Source of the DNA: Polyangiaceae bacterium | GTDB taxonomy: Bacteria; Myxococcota_A; Polyangia; Polyangiales; Polyangiaceae | Assembly (NCBI GenBank): GCA_965222375.1 | Contig: CBDCTZ010000011.1 | Location: 352,001 to 416,000 of the forward strand | Direction of reading: 5' to 3' | Length of the DNA stretch: 64,000 nucleotides | Shown: positions 20,257-30,442 of the stretch, piece after piece | Numbering within the stretch: position 1 is the first letter of the stretch | Layout: each line of letters starts with the position of its first letter | Made by a program: the position numbers and the translations under genes | Notes under the pieces: generated by a model | Told to the model about the DNA's origin: nothing | The model's input: only the letters and a program-made list of their open reading frames with translations | Database searches by the model: none

Positions 20257-21921
20257 ATGAAGTTGCGCAACTACCCTCGCACGATCGGTGCGTTGCTTGG
20301 CCTGGGTCTGCTCGGCGCTGCGGTGCCTGCCGAAGCCGCTCCCAACTACCCACGCCTGTCTTGGTCAGGTGCCACTCAGTCGACCATGGCGGTGACGTGG
20401 AATACCACGGCGAACACCACCACCGAGGTCAAGCTGGGAACCAGCCCGGGCACCTACACCCAGACCGTGCCGGGCACGTCCTTTCAGGCCAACGCTGGCC
20501 TGGGCTACGTGCACGAGGTCGCGCTCACCGGACTGACGCCATCGACGAGCTACTACTATGTCGCGGGCAATGCTGCAGACGGCTACACGAAGGAAGCGAG
20601 TTTCAAGACCGGGCCGGCGGAGGATCAGAACTGCGGCTCGATGCGATTTGCGTTCTTAGCCGACAACCGCCCGGACCCCACCTTTGGTGGCGGCGAGAAT
20701 TGGCCGCAGATTCTGGGCCAGGCGGCTGCGCAGAAGCCCGACTTCACTCTTAACGGTGGCGACATGGTCATCGACGGAGACAACATTGGTCAGTGGTTGA
20801 AGTTCCTAGGTTGGACGTCGCTTGTGGCTAGCAGGATCCCGCTGATGCCCACCATCGGCAATCACGACAATGGCCCCGGTTCTGGTGCTACGGCGAACTA
20901 CAATCAGTTGTTCGCGCTGCCGTCTTCCACGGGTACGAACGGGAGCAATACCGAGGACTATTACTACTTCACCTACGGCAACGCGATCTTCGTGTCACTT
21001 TCCACCGAGACATTCACGGGTGGCTCGATCCCGTTCGCGACTCAAGCCGCGTGGCTGGACGGAGTTTTGACGAACAACCCCAAGAAGTGGAAGTTCGTTT
21101 TCTACCACAAGCCCACCTACACGACAGAAGCGCTGTTCAGCATCTCTCACGAGCCCAACGAGGAGAAACAGAACGCAGCGTTCGTTCCCATCCTCGACAA
21201 GCACCACGTGGACGTCGTGTTCGTGAGTCACAACCACTGGTACGAGCGATTCGAGCCCTCCAACTGCACCAAAGCTGGCAAGCCTGGCTCCGACAAGCCT
21301 TGCTCGGTCGGCGCGAACAACTTCGCCGGCGGCAGTGTGCACATTGTCAGCGGCGGTGCCGGCGCGTTCACGATCCCGGCATTCTTGTGCGGCTCGACGT
21401 CCGGGCGCGCGACCTGCTCTGGGGATCACCACTACATAATGGTGGACATCAACAACGAAAAGCTCAGCCTCAACACCTGGGGCGCTCACCCCCAACCGAA
21501 CAAGGTGATTGACGGCATCACCATCACCAAGACGCCCGACACGACTTGCGGAAGCGGTCTGGACGGTGGAGTTGGGGGAGCCGGTGGCCAAGACGGTGGC
21601 ACCGCAGGCACCGCTGGTACGGCGGGTGGCGGAGCCGGTACGGCGGGTGGCGGAGCTGGTACGGCTGGCACCGGCGCGACTGCTGGCAGCACCGGACTCG
21701 GCGGGCAGACGAGTGGCGGTGCCACCGGTTCGGATGCATCCGCGGGTGGCAGCACGTCCGCGGGTGGCAGCACGTCCACCGGTGGCAGCTCGAGCGGCGG
21801 CGCGAGTGAGGACGACGGTGGTTGTTCCTGCACGACTGTTGGCGCCGCGCGAACCTCGGGTCTTGGCGCACTGCTCTTGGTTGGCGTGGCGGGGTTGCTT
21901 CGCCGACGTCGGCGTCGCTGA
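20257..21921 (+). CDS. Purple acid phosphatase-like metallophosphoesterase with FN3 domain and MYXO-CTERM-like tail
   Basis: GGDMV, IGNHD, SHNHWYER; ends GGCSC...LLLVG...RRRRRR. Confidence 0.9.
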   Translation: MKLRNYPRTIGALLGLGLLGAAVPAEAAPNYPRLSWSGATQSTMAVTWNTTANTTTEVKLGTSPGTYTQTVPGTSFQANAGLGYVHEVALTGLTPSTSYYYVAGNAADGYTKEASFKTGPAEDQNCGSMRFAFLADNRPDPTFGGGENWPQILGQAAAQKPDFTLNGGDMVIDGDNIGQWLKFLGWTSLVASRIPLMPTIGNHDNGPGSGATANYNQLFALPSSTGTNGSNTEDYYYFTYGNAIFVSLSTETFTGGSIPFATQAAWLDGVLTNNPKKWKFVFYHKPTYTTEALFSISHEPNEEKQNAAFVPILDKHHVDVVFVSHNHWYERFEPSNCTKAGKPGSDKPCSVGANNFAGGSVHIVSGGAGAFTIPAFLCGSTSGRATCSGDHHYIMVDINNEKLSLNTWGAHPQPNKVIDGITITKTPDTTCGSGLDGGVGGAGGQDGGTAGTAGTAGGGAGTAGGGAGTAGTGATAGSTGLGGQTSGGATGSDASAGGSTSAGGSTSTGGSSSGGASEDDGGCSCTTVGAARTSGLGALLLVGVAGLLRRRRRR

Positions 21922-21926
21922 GAGCT

Positions 21927-22757
21927 TCAATCGCAGATCTGCAGCTCGGAGATCGACGTTTCGATGCGGAAGGTCGAAGCGGATGTTTGCCGTTCCGCGA
22001 AGAAGAAGTGTAGCGGGTGGGTCTCGCCCAGGGTGAGTCCAAGCTGAGTTGCTTGCGCATTCAAGTCCACGCTGGCGCTGGCGGCGCCATGCACGCCTCC
22101 CAGGTCGATTGCCAAACGGCGGTTGATGAAGACCCAGACGTCGTCATCGCCGGTGAAGGAAAAGGTCTCGCCGCCGAGGTATCGAAATGCCGTAGCAACT
22201 TCGAAAGTGAAGTGAAAGTTGTGCGGCCGCCCCTGGTTGCCGAAGAACTCGCCATCGATGGGGAAGAAGGTCTGATCGTCGAAAACGAAAAGGCCCGGCT
22301 GTTTGGTTGACGCCGTGAGCGGGATCTCGAGCTTCCGGGAGGCGTTCACCCCCGGCACGTCTCGGTACCACTGATCGAAATTCTGCTTTCCGTGAGTCGT
22401 CACGTGCGCGCCGGGCGCATAGACGGGTTTGTCGTCGGTGCCGAGGGTCGGGAGCACGATGCCGGGATCCTCGCTGATGATGCCGGACTCGAAGTCCGGG
22501 TGTGAGTCGCGGAAATCCCGAACAACGCCCGAGAGCTTTGGCGGCTTGGGCTTCGGGGCGGAGCAATTCTGCCAGAAGCCGTCGATGCACTGCTCCACCC
22601 CAGAGCCGCATACACTCTTGCACGGGCGTGTCGTCCCGGCGTCGGTGTCGCAGGGCCCAGTGGAGCCGGCGGGCGGAAAGGGGCCGCCGGGTTCAGTTCG
22701 TGAGCCGCACGACAGACTCAGTGCAGCAGCTGCGAGCAGCCAGCGCGACCGGGCCAC
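21927..22757 (-). CDS. Fibro-slime (PA14) domain lipoprotein
   Basis: HPDFE, FDQWYRD, HNFHFT, FTGDDDVWVFIN, DLGGVH. Confidence 0.92.
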   Translation of the reverse strand: MARSRWLLAAAALSLSCGSRTEPGGPFPPAGSTGPCDTDAGTTRPCKSVCGSGVEQCIDGFWQNCSAPKPKPPKLSGVVRDFRDSHPDFESGIISEDPGIVLPTLGTDDKPVYAPGAHVTTHGKQNFDQWYRDVPGVNASRKLEIPLTASTKQPGLFVFDDQTFFPIDGEFFGNQGRPHNFHFTFEVATAFRYLGGETFSFTGDDDVWVFINRRLAIDLGGVHGAASASVDLNAQATQLGLTLGETHPLHFFFAERQTSASTFRIETSISELQICD

Positions 22758-23384
22758 TCACTTCGCTTTCCGTTTGACGCCTACCTTGCCGCGCTCTGGG
22801 ATCACCAAGGAAAGGGTGAGGGAGGCATCCTTGTTTTTGACCTCCGCTTTCACCAGTTCCTTCTTCAAGGTCTCGATCAACTTGAAGGCCTTTTCACGGC
22901 GCAAGGCGATTCGGTACGACAAGAAGTCTCGCTTGCAGTCCCGGGCGGCGCCGCGGGTTACTTTTCCCCGCGTGGACGTGTCGGGCAGCGGGCTCTTTTC
23001 GCAATAGGCTTGGATCTCGTCGTCAGTGAGCTTGGCGTCCACCTCGGCCTTGATCTGGTTCTTCAGGGCCTTCGCTAGCAGAGCGTTCGTCTTCGCGACC
23101 AGCGCAGGGTCTTCGTGCATGCGGCGCCGCTTCGCCTCCTCGGCCTCGAGTAGCTCTGGCAGCAGCCTCCGCTCGATGTAGTTCTTGCGGACTTCTGCTG
23201 CAGTCGAGCCAAAGCTGTCACGCTCGAACTCGTGCAACTTTGCCAGGCGCTTCTGGAGTTCGGCGGCACGGACTTCGGTCTTGCCGACCCGAACGACCAC
23301 GGGATCCGCTGTGGGCTCAGCCGACTTCGCTGCGTTTGCCGGTAGCAAGAGGGCCGAAAACACGATCAGAGCGCCGCGTCGCAT
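22758..23384 (-). CDS. Secreted SurA/PrsA N-terminal-like chaperone protein
   Basis: Signal peptide; VVVRVG, ELL-x2-EAKRR, TDDEIQAY; no obvious PPIase domain. Confidence 0.6.
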   Translation of the reverse strand: MRRGALIVFSALLLPANAAKSAEPTADPVVVRVGKTEVRAAELQKRLAKLHEFERDSFGSTAAEVRKNYIERRLLPELLEAEEAKRRRMHEDPALVAKTNALLAKALKNQIKAEVDAKLTDDEIQAYCEKSPLPDTSTRGKVTRGAARDCKRDFLSYRIALRREKAFKLIETLKKELVKAEVKNKDASLTLSLVIPERGKVGVKRKAK

Positions 23385-23480
23385 CTCGGCCGAGGCTATC
23401 ACCGGGGCGCGTCACACGCCTACCGGGTTCACGCTTGGCGCCGGTTTTAACTTCATCGGCCCCGGCGGCATACTCCGTGT

Positions 23481-24197
23481 ATGTCCCAACCCATCCTCCA
23501 CCTCGCTCTGGCCAGCCTAATCGGTGGCGCTGTCGGCGGCGGCGCCGTCGGGCTCATGATGAAGCAGCCGTCCGGGTCCCCGAAGACCACGGCGTCCGCA
23601 GAGCCCAGCGCGCCCTCGGGTGAGGAAGGATCCACCGAGGAACCCAGCGACGACCCAAATGCCCGGGTGCGTGCCCTCGAGCGTGAGGTGGCAAAGCTCA
23701 AGCGCAAGAGCGCGGCAGCGCAGGCACTGGCGCAATACGCGAAAGGGATCTCCGCCGAGGAAGACGGCGGCGGCGCGGCGACGCCCTTCATTCATCCCGA
23801 GGACCCCGTATTCGAACTCTCAGTGCGCAGTGTTCTCGACAAGGTGGATCAAGAGCGCCGCGATGAGCGACAACAGCGCCGCACTGCGAGAGCCCAAGAG
23901 CGGGTGAAGCGCCAAACGGAGTTGCTCACCGAGCGGCTCAAGTTGACGCCGGACCAAGTTGCCGAGGTGGGGAAGATCTTGATGGATCGAGTGGAGCGCT
24001 TCCGAGCACTCCGGAACTTGGACGGCGGCGCACGACCCGTCACCCGGAGAGAGTGGAGGGAGCAAGCGCGCATCGTGCAAAAGAAGACGGATGAACAACT
24101 CGCCGAGGTGCTGGACGAAACCCAAATGAAGGGCTACCAGGCTTTCCAGGAGGAAGAGGGCTTCGGTCGTGGGCGCGGTCGTGGGCGCGGGCGCTAG
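23481..24197 (+). CDS. Hypothetical membrane-anchored coiled-coil protein
   Basis: N-terminal TM; LKLTPDQ and VLDETQ (LTxxQ-like) motifs. Confidence 0.7.
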   Translation: MSQPILHLALASLIGGAVGGGAVGLMMKQPSGSPKTTASAEPSAPSGEEGSTEEPSDDPNARVRALEREVAKLKRKSAAAQALAQYAKGISAEEDGGGAATPFIHPEDPVFELSVRSVLDKVDQERRDERQQRRTARAQERVKRQTELLTERLKLTPDQVAEVGKILMDRVERFRALRNLDGGARPVTRREWREQARIVQKKTDEQLAEVLDETQMKGYQAFQEEEGFGRGRGRGRGR

Positions 24198-25114
24198 CGC
24201 ACGATCACCGCGTAGCCTTTGCGCTTGATATCCCAGTGGAAGTGGTCGCGGTGTGCGGCATCGAAACTGGGAGAAAGCATGTGGTGAAAGAGCTTCGCGC
24301 GCGCCACATCACACACCACGTTGCGCAGACGCACAGCTTCGTCAGTGACTTCGTGCATCACGGCGGCGGGGCCACACACGGCTTCGCCGATCGTGGCTTG
24401 GAAGTCGCGCTCGACGCTCAGCCTGCGCCCGTCTCGTAGCGTGAAGCTCACGATGTCCGCCGCCAAGCCATAGTGGTGTTGACTCTTGACGCGTTTGCGA
24501 AGCCGCGACCACGGGCGGTAGAAGTTGCCCACGCTCATTGCGACGATGTCGTGCTTTGCTAGTAGCTTCGTCAGATCGTCGAGAACTAGTGCCAGGCGAC
24601 AGTCCAGCAGTCCCCACTTGCTGCTCCTTGGGGGAACCAGCATGCGCACGCCGTTGAGCTCTTTGGGCAGCCGCACCGCGTTGGCAATGCCCCGCACGTT
24701 ACCGCGGAGCCTCAGGACGGCTAGCTTACGTTTGCGCAGCTCCCCTCGACACGCCGCCGGGGAGAGTGTGGCGTAGCGCTTGGCCGGGGCAGATGCGGGC
24801 GTTGCCTTGGGTGGAAGCGGTTCATGAAACGGGTGTTGCTCTTGGGGCTTCTTGGGAGGCGGGTGTGTATGCTCCGCGAGTTCCTGGAGTTCGTGCTCCT
24901 CGTACTCTTCGTATTCGGTCTCCGCGTCGATCGTGCCTGGTGGTGGGTCGACCTCTCGTGCCGCTTCGCCTTGGGGGGCGTGGGGAGGCGGCGTTGCGGG
25001 CAAGACCTTGGGTGCAGGCGGTGGATGGCTCGGCGTGGAGGCGGTGTGGCCTGCGTTGCAAGCGACGCACGCTACTAGGATCCAGAAAAACCGCTTTCGC
25101 AACTCGACAGGCAC
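24194..25114 (-). CDS. Extensin-like C-terminal domain lipoprotein
   Basis: SQHHYGLAADI and AHRDHFHWD motifs; lipobox VAC. Confidence 0.8.
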   Translation of the reverse strand: MPVELRKRFFWILVACVACNAGHTASTPSHPPPAPKVLPATPPPHAPQGEAAREVDPPPGTIDAETEYEEYEEHELQELAEHTHPPPKKPQEQHPFHEPLPPKATPASAPAKRYATLSPAACRGELRKRKLAVLRLRGNVRGIANAVRLPKELNGVRMLVPPRSSKWGLLDCRLALVLDDLTKLLAKHDIVAMSVGNFYRPWSRLRKRVKSQHHYGLAADIVSFTLRDGRRLSVERDFQATIGEAVCGPAAVMHEVTDEAVRLRNVVCDVARAKLFHHMLSPSFDAAHRDHFHWDIKRKGYAVIVR

Positions 25115-25217
25115 GCTCGGCGATCCGCGAATAGCACGCGGCCTGCTATCGGCAAATTCTCGTGCGGGCCGGTGGTGCGGGTTTTCTTCGCTCAGCGCCT
25201 GCGTTACCAGCGCGTGC

Positions 25218-25733
25218 ATGGTCGACGTCCGCCAAATCGAGCGCCCGCATCCACGGCTACTCTGGCTCTACATCATGCGTTCTCTGGCGCTGCTCTGCCT
25301 CGGGCCGTGGTTCCTGATCGCCCTGCTGCCCTTCTACTTCAAGTACCAGACTCTGCGTTATCGCTTCGATGACGAAGGCGTGGCCATGAGCTGGGGCTTG
25401 ATTTGGCGCCGTGAGATCTACCTGACCTACGCGCGCATCCAGGACATTCATCTGTCGCGTGGCCTGTTCGAGCGTTGGCTTGGGCTGGCGACGATTCAGG
25501 TGCAGACCGCCTCCGGCAGCGCGGGTGCCGAGATGAGCATCGAGGGCATCGAGGAATTCGAAGAGGTGCGGGACTTCCTGTACACGCGAATGCGCGGCGC
25601 CAAAGGCGAACACGTTGCGACCTCGAAGACCGACAGCCCTGCTGGAGCGGCGGACCCGGTCGAAGAGCTGCTCGGCGAGATCCGCGATGAGGTTCGAGCG
25701 CTGCGCCAGGGACTCAGTCAGGGGGGGGCGTGA
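25218..25733 (+). CDS. bPH_2 (bacterial PH domain) membrane protein
   Basis: YARIQDI, GLFERWLGLATIQVQTASGS. Confidence 0.85.
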   Translation: MVDVRQIERPHPRLLWLYIMRSLALLCLGPWFLIALLPFYFKYQTLRYRFDDEGVAMSWGLIWRREIYLTYARIQDIHLSRGLFERWLGLATIQVQTASGSAGAEMSIEGIEEFEEVRDFLYTRMRGAKGEHVATSKTDSPAGAADPVEELLGEIRDEVRALRQGLSQGGA

Positions 25734-26440
25734 TGTACGGACTCGTTCGCTCCTTGTTGCTTCGCGTTCTGAGCGCGCCTACAGAGCCGCCGGACGCCCC
25801 GGCAGGTTCCCCTGACTCTGTCCAGGTCTTTCGCGCATCCAAGCGACTCTTGACCGTCCGCATGATCGGTCTGGCGCTGGTGATGGGGTTCTTCATCCTG
25901 CCCATGGTGCCAGCTTTCGTTGTTGGCCTCGCCGGAGACGCGCCTGCGGCCGCGATTGGAAGCGGCGTCGTCCTATTCGGCCTGGTCGGTCTGAGTCTGA
26001 TGCGCTGGTTCTTGATCCGACTGGATTGGGACATGCGCTACTACATCGTCACCGACCACAGCCTACGCATACGTCAGGGCGCGTTGATCATCCGGGAAAG
26101 CACCTTCACGTTTGCCAACGTACAGAATGTGAGCGTGCACCAAGGGCCGATCGATCGCCTAGTGGGCATTTCCAATGTACGTATCGATACGGCTGGTGGC
26201 GGTGGTGCGGCTCAGGGTCAACAGGGGATGGGTGGACATCAGGGCGTCTTGGTGGGCATCGAGAACGCCCCCGAAGTGCGCGACCGCATTCTCGCCCTCT
26301 TGCGTGAGTATCGCGATGCAGGTCTGGGCGACACGGACGACCAGCATCCGACCAAGGCGCTCAGCCCGAAGCATACGGAGCTTCTGCAGCAGATCCGCGA
26401 CGAGCTTCGCGGCGCCCGGGGCGTGCTCGCGGTGCAGTAG
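25730..26440 (+). CDS. bPH_2 (bacterial PH domain) membrane protein
   Basis: FANVQNV, QGPIDRLVGISNVRIDTAGG; coupled to the previous gene. Confidence 0.85.
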   Translation: MMYGLVRSLLLRVLSAPTEPPDAPAGSPDSVQVFRASKRLLTVRMIGLALVMGFFILPMVPAFVVGLAGDAPAAAIGSGVVLFGLVGLSLMRWFLIRLDWDMRYYIVTDHSLRIRQGALIIRESTFTFANVQNVSVHQGPIDRLVGISNVRIDTAGGGGAAQGQQGMGGHQGVLVGIENAPEVRDRILALLREYRDAGLGDTDDQHPTKALSPKHTELLQQIRDELRGARGVLAVQ

Positions 26441-26556
26441 CTCGTCCCGAACCTCGCTCTTGACGGAGTCGGAGCGACGGCCGCGACTGCGATCTGTCGT
26501 GCGCATGTTCTTTCGCGCTTCTGAGGGGTGGCCCGCGCCTTGCTCTAGAAGCAGGG

Positions 26557-27354
26557 ATGAGGAAACTCGTGCTCGCTTCTGCCGGGTTGATATTGCTCGC
26601 GGTTTCCGTCGCCAAGGCTGCAGAGTCCCAAGATCCAGACGTTCCGACGGTGGCACTGCCTGACGCAGAGACATCGCCGCTTCCAGCCGACGCTGTCGCG
26701 CCATCGCCACAGGGTGACGATGACGATGTGCCGAAGCCGCACATCGCGCCCGGCGCGCCGCCCGGAGTGCGTTCGCCCTTTTGGACACCGGAACCTGCTC
26801 CATGGGTTCGCCCCGGGCAGCGTGGGTCCCGCTGGACCGCGCCGAGTTATGCGCCCGCGTCCGACTCCGCGGACCCAGATTCGGCGCAGCCCGAAACGAA
26901 GCGGCAGTGGTATGGCTGGCAGACCCTACTCGTCGACGCAGGCTCGGTTGTGTTCATCGCGACCGCCATCGGAAGTGAAGAGAGTGCGTTGGTCCTGGCC
27001 GGGACTGCGGGCTTCTTCGCCGGGGGACCCATTGTGCACGCGGCGCACGGTCATGGCGGCAAGGCCTGGGGCAGCTTTGGATTGCGCGCGGGCGCGTCGG
27101 TTGGCCTGGCCTTCGTCGGGTATAGCCTGGCGGGTGGTGATAGTTGCCGGGGCGACCTTTGCGGATTGGCAGAGGCGATCTATGCCGGCGCCGGGTTCAT
27201 ACTCGGTGCCGGCACAGCTATCATCATCGATGCGGCCATAATCGCGAACGAGGATGTGAAAGCCGAGCGCCCGCGCGCGGCCAAGTTCATCGTCGCACCC
27301 AGCGTCGCGGCTACGCCCAAGGGTGCGTTCACGGGACTCTCCGGTACGTTCTGA
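26557..27354 (+). CDS. Exported/membrane hypothetical protein (WYGWQ family), paralog 1
   Basis: Signal peptide, WYGWQTL, hydrophobic hairpins, ends GLSGTF. Confidence 0.75.
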   Translation: MRKLVLASAGLILLAVSVAKAAESQDPDVPTVALPDAETSPLPADAVAPSPQGDDDDVPKPHIAPGAPPGVRSPFWTPEPAPWVRPGQRGSRWTAPSYAPASDSADPDSAQPETKRQWYGWQTLLVDAGSVVFIATAIGSEESALVLAGTAGFFAGGPIVHAAHGHGGKAWGSFGLRAGASVGLAFVGYSLAGGDSCRGDLCGLAEAIYAGAGFILGAGTAIIIDAAIIANEDVKAERPRAAKFIVAPSVAATPKGAFTGLSGTF

Positions 27355-27385
27355 CTCTCGACCGAAGTGTCCTGTGGAATCAGGT

Positions 27386-27461
27386 GCGGCCAAGTTCATC
27401 GTCGCACCCAGCGTCGCCGTCACGCCCAAGGCGCATTCACGGGGCTGGCGGGCACGTTTCG
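27386..27461 (+). repeat. Orphan third copy of the paralogs' 3' end
   Basis: First half identical to the paralog 1 end, second half closer to paralog 2; one G missing and the stop is lost. Confidence 0.8.
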
Positions 27462-27500
27462 ACTCGAGCGCAGAGTAGGGCCGGCCCCGTGGCTGCGCCC

Positions 27501-28184
27501 ATGTTGGAACCAGTGAGTGAACTTTGCTTCCAGCTCACGGGCGCGCAACTTGCTTCATTCAGGCTGGTGCGCAAGCAGATCGTGGGTGGGCTCGTCGCGG
27601 CAATGGCGTGGCCGGGCGTGGCGTCGGCGTGGGAATTTCCAGACAAAGTGCGGCCACGATCGCGCTTTAGGGGCGCGACCGCGCACGCGCCGAGCACACG
27701 CGAGGTCGTGTCGGAGCCCACGACGCCCACCGACTGGTATGGCTGGCAGATCATAGCGGCGGACGCGACGGCGATCAGCCTTGTGCTGATCGGCGCGGGT
27801 GAGGAGGGGGACGCGGGCCCAGTTCTGGTGGCCGCGGGCTTCGGCGTGTTCCTGCTAGGGGCACCTTTTCTCCACGTCGCGAACGGTGAAGAGGAAAACT
27901 CTGCAGGTAGTGTTGCCCTGCGCATGGGGGCTCCTGTGAGTGGGTTCCTCCTGGGCGGATTTATCGGCGCTGGGTCGGGAGGTGATAACGATTTGGGCGC
28001 TGCATTGACTGGTCTCGTCATCGGTTTCACAGCTGGCGTCGCCACCGCCATGACCGTCGACGCCGCGTTCATCGCGAAGAAGGACGCGAAAATGGAACAC
28101 CCCGAGGCTGCTAAGGTCAGCGTTGCGCCCAGCGTCGCCGTCACGCCCAAGGGCGCGTTCACGGGGCTGGCGGGTACGTTCTGA
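27501..28184 (+). CDS. Exported/membrane hypothetical protein (WYGWQ family), paralog 2
   Basis: WYGWQII, ends GLAGTF; start uncertain. Confidence 0.75.
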   Translation: MLEPVSELCFQLTGAQLASFRLVRKQIVGGLVAAMAWPGVASAWEFPDKVRPRSRFRGATAHAPSTREVVSEPTTPTDWYGWQIIAADATAISLVLIGAGEEGDAGPVLVAAGFGVFLLGAPFLHVANGEEENSAGSVALRMGAPVSGFLLGGFIGAGSGGDNDLGAALTGLVIGFTAGVATAMTVDAAFIAKKDAKMEHPEAAKVSVAPSVAVTPKGAFTGLAGTF

Positions 28185-28429
28185 GAGTCAGCGCGGGGCT
28201 CGCCAGCGCCGGTCACGAACGCGCCTAGTCTTGTCAACGCAGCATCGAGGGAGCCTCTTGGAGCTTCGGGAGTTCAGGCGCTGCGGGAGACCTCGTCCTC
28301 CGCGCGGGTCTGCCGGAAGCGCGACTTCGCCACGTTCAAAGGACATAGCAACCCCAGCGTCTGCCGCAGCAATCCTTCGAGACCCGGCTCCGCGCAGCCC
28401 TTTCCAGATGAAATCATATCCCTCGCCGC

Positions 28430-28481
28430 CGCGAACTACCGCAACTCAGCATCGGGGTCGCCCGACAAGGTGTCCCACCCG
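28430..28481 (+). repeat. 52-bp direct repeat, left copy
   Basis: 50 of 52 bases identical to 30998-31049. Confidence 0.9.
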
Positions 28482-28585
28482 AGGGCTCATGATTCAACAC
28501 GTCTGAATCGGGTCACGGCGGGCACAGTGGCAGCGGCCGTCCACGCCCGAGACTCAACCCGCGCCGGTCACGCTGCAGAAACCCG

Positions 28586-30442
28586 CTACGGGACCAGAAT
28601 TGCGAGCGCCTGCCGCAAGAGGGCAGTCGTGTGTGCGGCGTGCGGGCCGCGAGTGTCACCTCGACACGCCAGCGCAGCTACAGCCTTCTTCGACTCTCCG
28701 CGCCGAAAGCCCATGTTCGTCAGGGCGCTGACAAGCTTGGATTCCACATCGGCCGAGTTCACGCAGGCTTGGTCGCGCACTTCGCGACCCCGCGAGGTCT
28801 CCGCGTCCAGATCGGCAGCTCCGCCTGCCGCATGCTCGAGGGAGCGGAATGACTGATTGGCGCGGAGTTCACAGGCGTCGTCCACGCGGCAGCTAGACGC
28901 GTCGGTCGGCACGACTTCGTCGGCACTGCTTGTGCGGCAGTTCGGCGTGTCGGTTGAGATGATTTCGTCGGCGCTGCTTGTGCGGCGGCTCAGCGCGCCG
29001 GTTGACGCAGGTTCGTCGGCGCTGCTTGTGCGGCGGCTCAGCGCGCCGGTTGACGCAGGTTCGTCGGCGCTGCTTGTGCGGCGGCTCAGCGCGCCGGTTG
29101 ACGCAGGTTCGTCGGCGCTGCTTGTGTGGCAGTTCGAAGCGTCCGGGGTCGGGGGGGGGTTGGCGTCACTTTGCTGGCAGTTCGAAGCGTCCGGGGTCGG
29201 GGGGGTGTCGGCGTCACTTTGCTGGCAGTTCGAAGCGTCCGGGGTCGGGGGGGTGTCGGCGTGACTTTGCCGGCAGGTCAGCGCGTCGGGTGCCGCGGGA
29301 AGTTCAGCGTTGGTCTGTTCAAGCGCGCTCCGCGACTGTCTGTCCAACCTCTGCTGGCGAAGGCGAATTCTGCTCTCGACGTATTTTCGTCCGAAGACCT
29401 TCTCGGCCTCGAATAAGTTGTGCGCGCGGCATAGCAGACGTCCGTTGCGAGTCGTGCCAGCGCCACCACAGGCGCGCGGGTTTTCGTGGTCGAGCTGCAC
29501 GAACGCGCGTGTCTGGCAGCGTTCTCCGCTTGGCGACGTGTACGTACACTGCTCGCCATCGCGCTCGTAGATCTCCCTGCGGGCCTGGCGAGAGAAGTCG
29601 CCGTGCTTGGTACCGGGAGAGCGCCGCGGTTTGTCAGTCTTGCCGAGCTTCTTCTTCTCCAGCTCTGCCAGCACCAAGTCGAGCCCCCGCTCGATGACCG
29701 TTGCCAAGTCTCGTTTCGGATTCGAGTGACTCATCAGGTCGAGGGCGCGCTCGAGCTTGTCCTTGAGGGAAACGCCCGCCGAAAACTGAATGTGAAAACG
29801 TTCTGTGGAAAGCGGTGACATGCGGGATCGGGGCTCGGTCGCCACTCGCGAAGCTCCGGCAGCCGATTGGCCCGCAGCGGCGAGGGCAACAGCCGCCGGC
29901 CCAGAGTCCGCCACATTCGACTGGCCCGCCGCCGCGCCACCGGATTGGCCCGCAACAGCGGTATTGCCTCCGAGCTGGGCTTGGACGAACACTGGGCAGA
30001 TCGCGTCTGCCACATCTGGCCTCGGGAAGCGTGAGCGGATCAAAAGTTCGACCTCGGCTTTGCTCTTGTCGCAGGCCGCTGCGAGCAACTCGGCGTGGTT
30101 TTCGACGGAAAGGTACGTCTGCAACATGCTGAGCGCTGTCACGTGGATTCGTCCTTCTCGCAGCAGGTCCAGGACCATCGGATAGCTGCGTGCAATCCGA
30201 GCTGCTGCAAGGTGCCGATGCGCACTGCCCTCGCTGAGCTTCAGCTTGCGGCAGCAGAACTCGTACATGGAGGAACACGCCTCCCTCAGCTCCAACCGCC
30301 GTGCTTCCACCTCGCCGAGGTACGCCACGAGCTGTGCCGTGATCCTACGCCGGGAGCCAATCACGCTGCCCAAGTTCGCCAGGACTTCATCGTCCGAGAG
30401 ATGAGCCATTCGCTTCGAGGTTCCCGACGATGTGAGTTTCAT
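28586..30442 (-). CDS. DUF222-like / HNH endonuclease protein with repeat linker and RuvA-C-like tail
   Basis: LGEVEARRL...CSSMYEFC; RDGEQC...RC...LDH...LLCRAHN (HNH); C-terminal LVSALTNMGF...LLRQALAIL. Confidence 0.85.
   Translation of the reverse strand: MKLTSSGTSKRMAHLSDDEVLANLGSVIGSRRRITAQLVAYLGEVEARRLELREACSSMYEFCCRKLKLSEGSAHRHLAAARIARSYPMVLDLLREGRIHVTALSMLQTYLSVENHAELLAAACDKSKAEVELLIRSRFPRPDVADAICPVFVQAQLGGNTAVAGQSGGAAAGQSNVADSGPAAVALAAAGQSAAGASRVATEPRSRMSPLSTERFHIQFSAGVSLKDKLERALDLMSHSNPKRDLATVIERGLDLVLAELEKKKLGKTDKPRRSPGTKHGDFSRQARREIYERDGEQCTYTSPSGERCQTRAFVQLDHENPRACGGAGTTRNGRLLCRAHNLFEAEKVFGRKYVESRIRLRQQRLDRQSRSALEQTNAELPAAPDALTCRQSHADTPPTPDASNCQQSDADTPPTPDASNCQQSDANPPPTPDASNCHTSSADEPASTGALSRRTSSADEPASTGALSRRTSSADEPASTGALSRRTSSADEIISTDTPNCRTSSADEVVPTDASSCRVDDACELRANQSFRSLEHAAGGAADLDAETSRGREVRDQACVNSADVESKLVSALTNMGFRRGESKKAVAALACRGDTRGPHAAHTTALLRQALAILVP
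28885..29295 (-). repeat. In-frame 48-bp (16-aa) tandem repeats of two subtypes
   Basis: Three exact copies at 28964-29107; three near-exact copies of a second type starting 29129, 29177 and 29225. Confidence 0.9.

Noticed and set aside
27386..27461. DGR template repeat for the flanking paralogs
   Set aside because: Differences are not adenine-specific.
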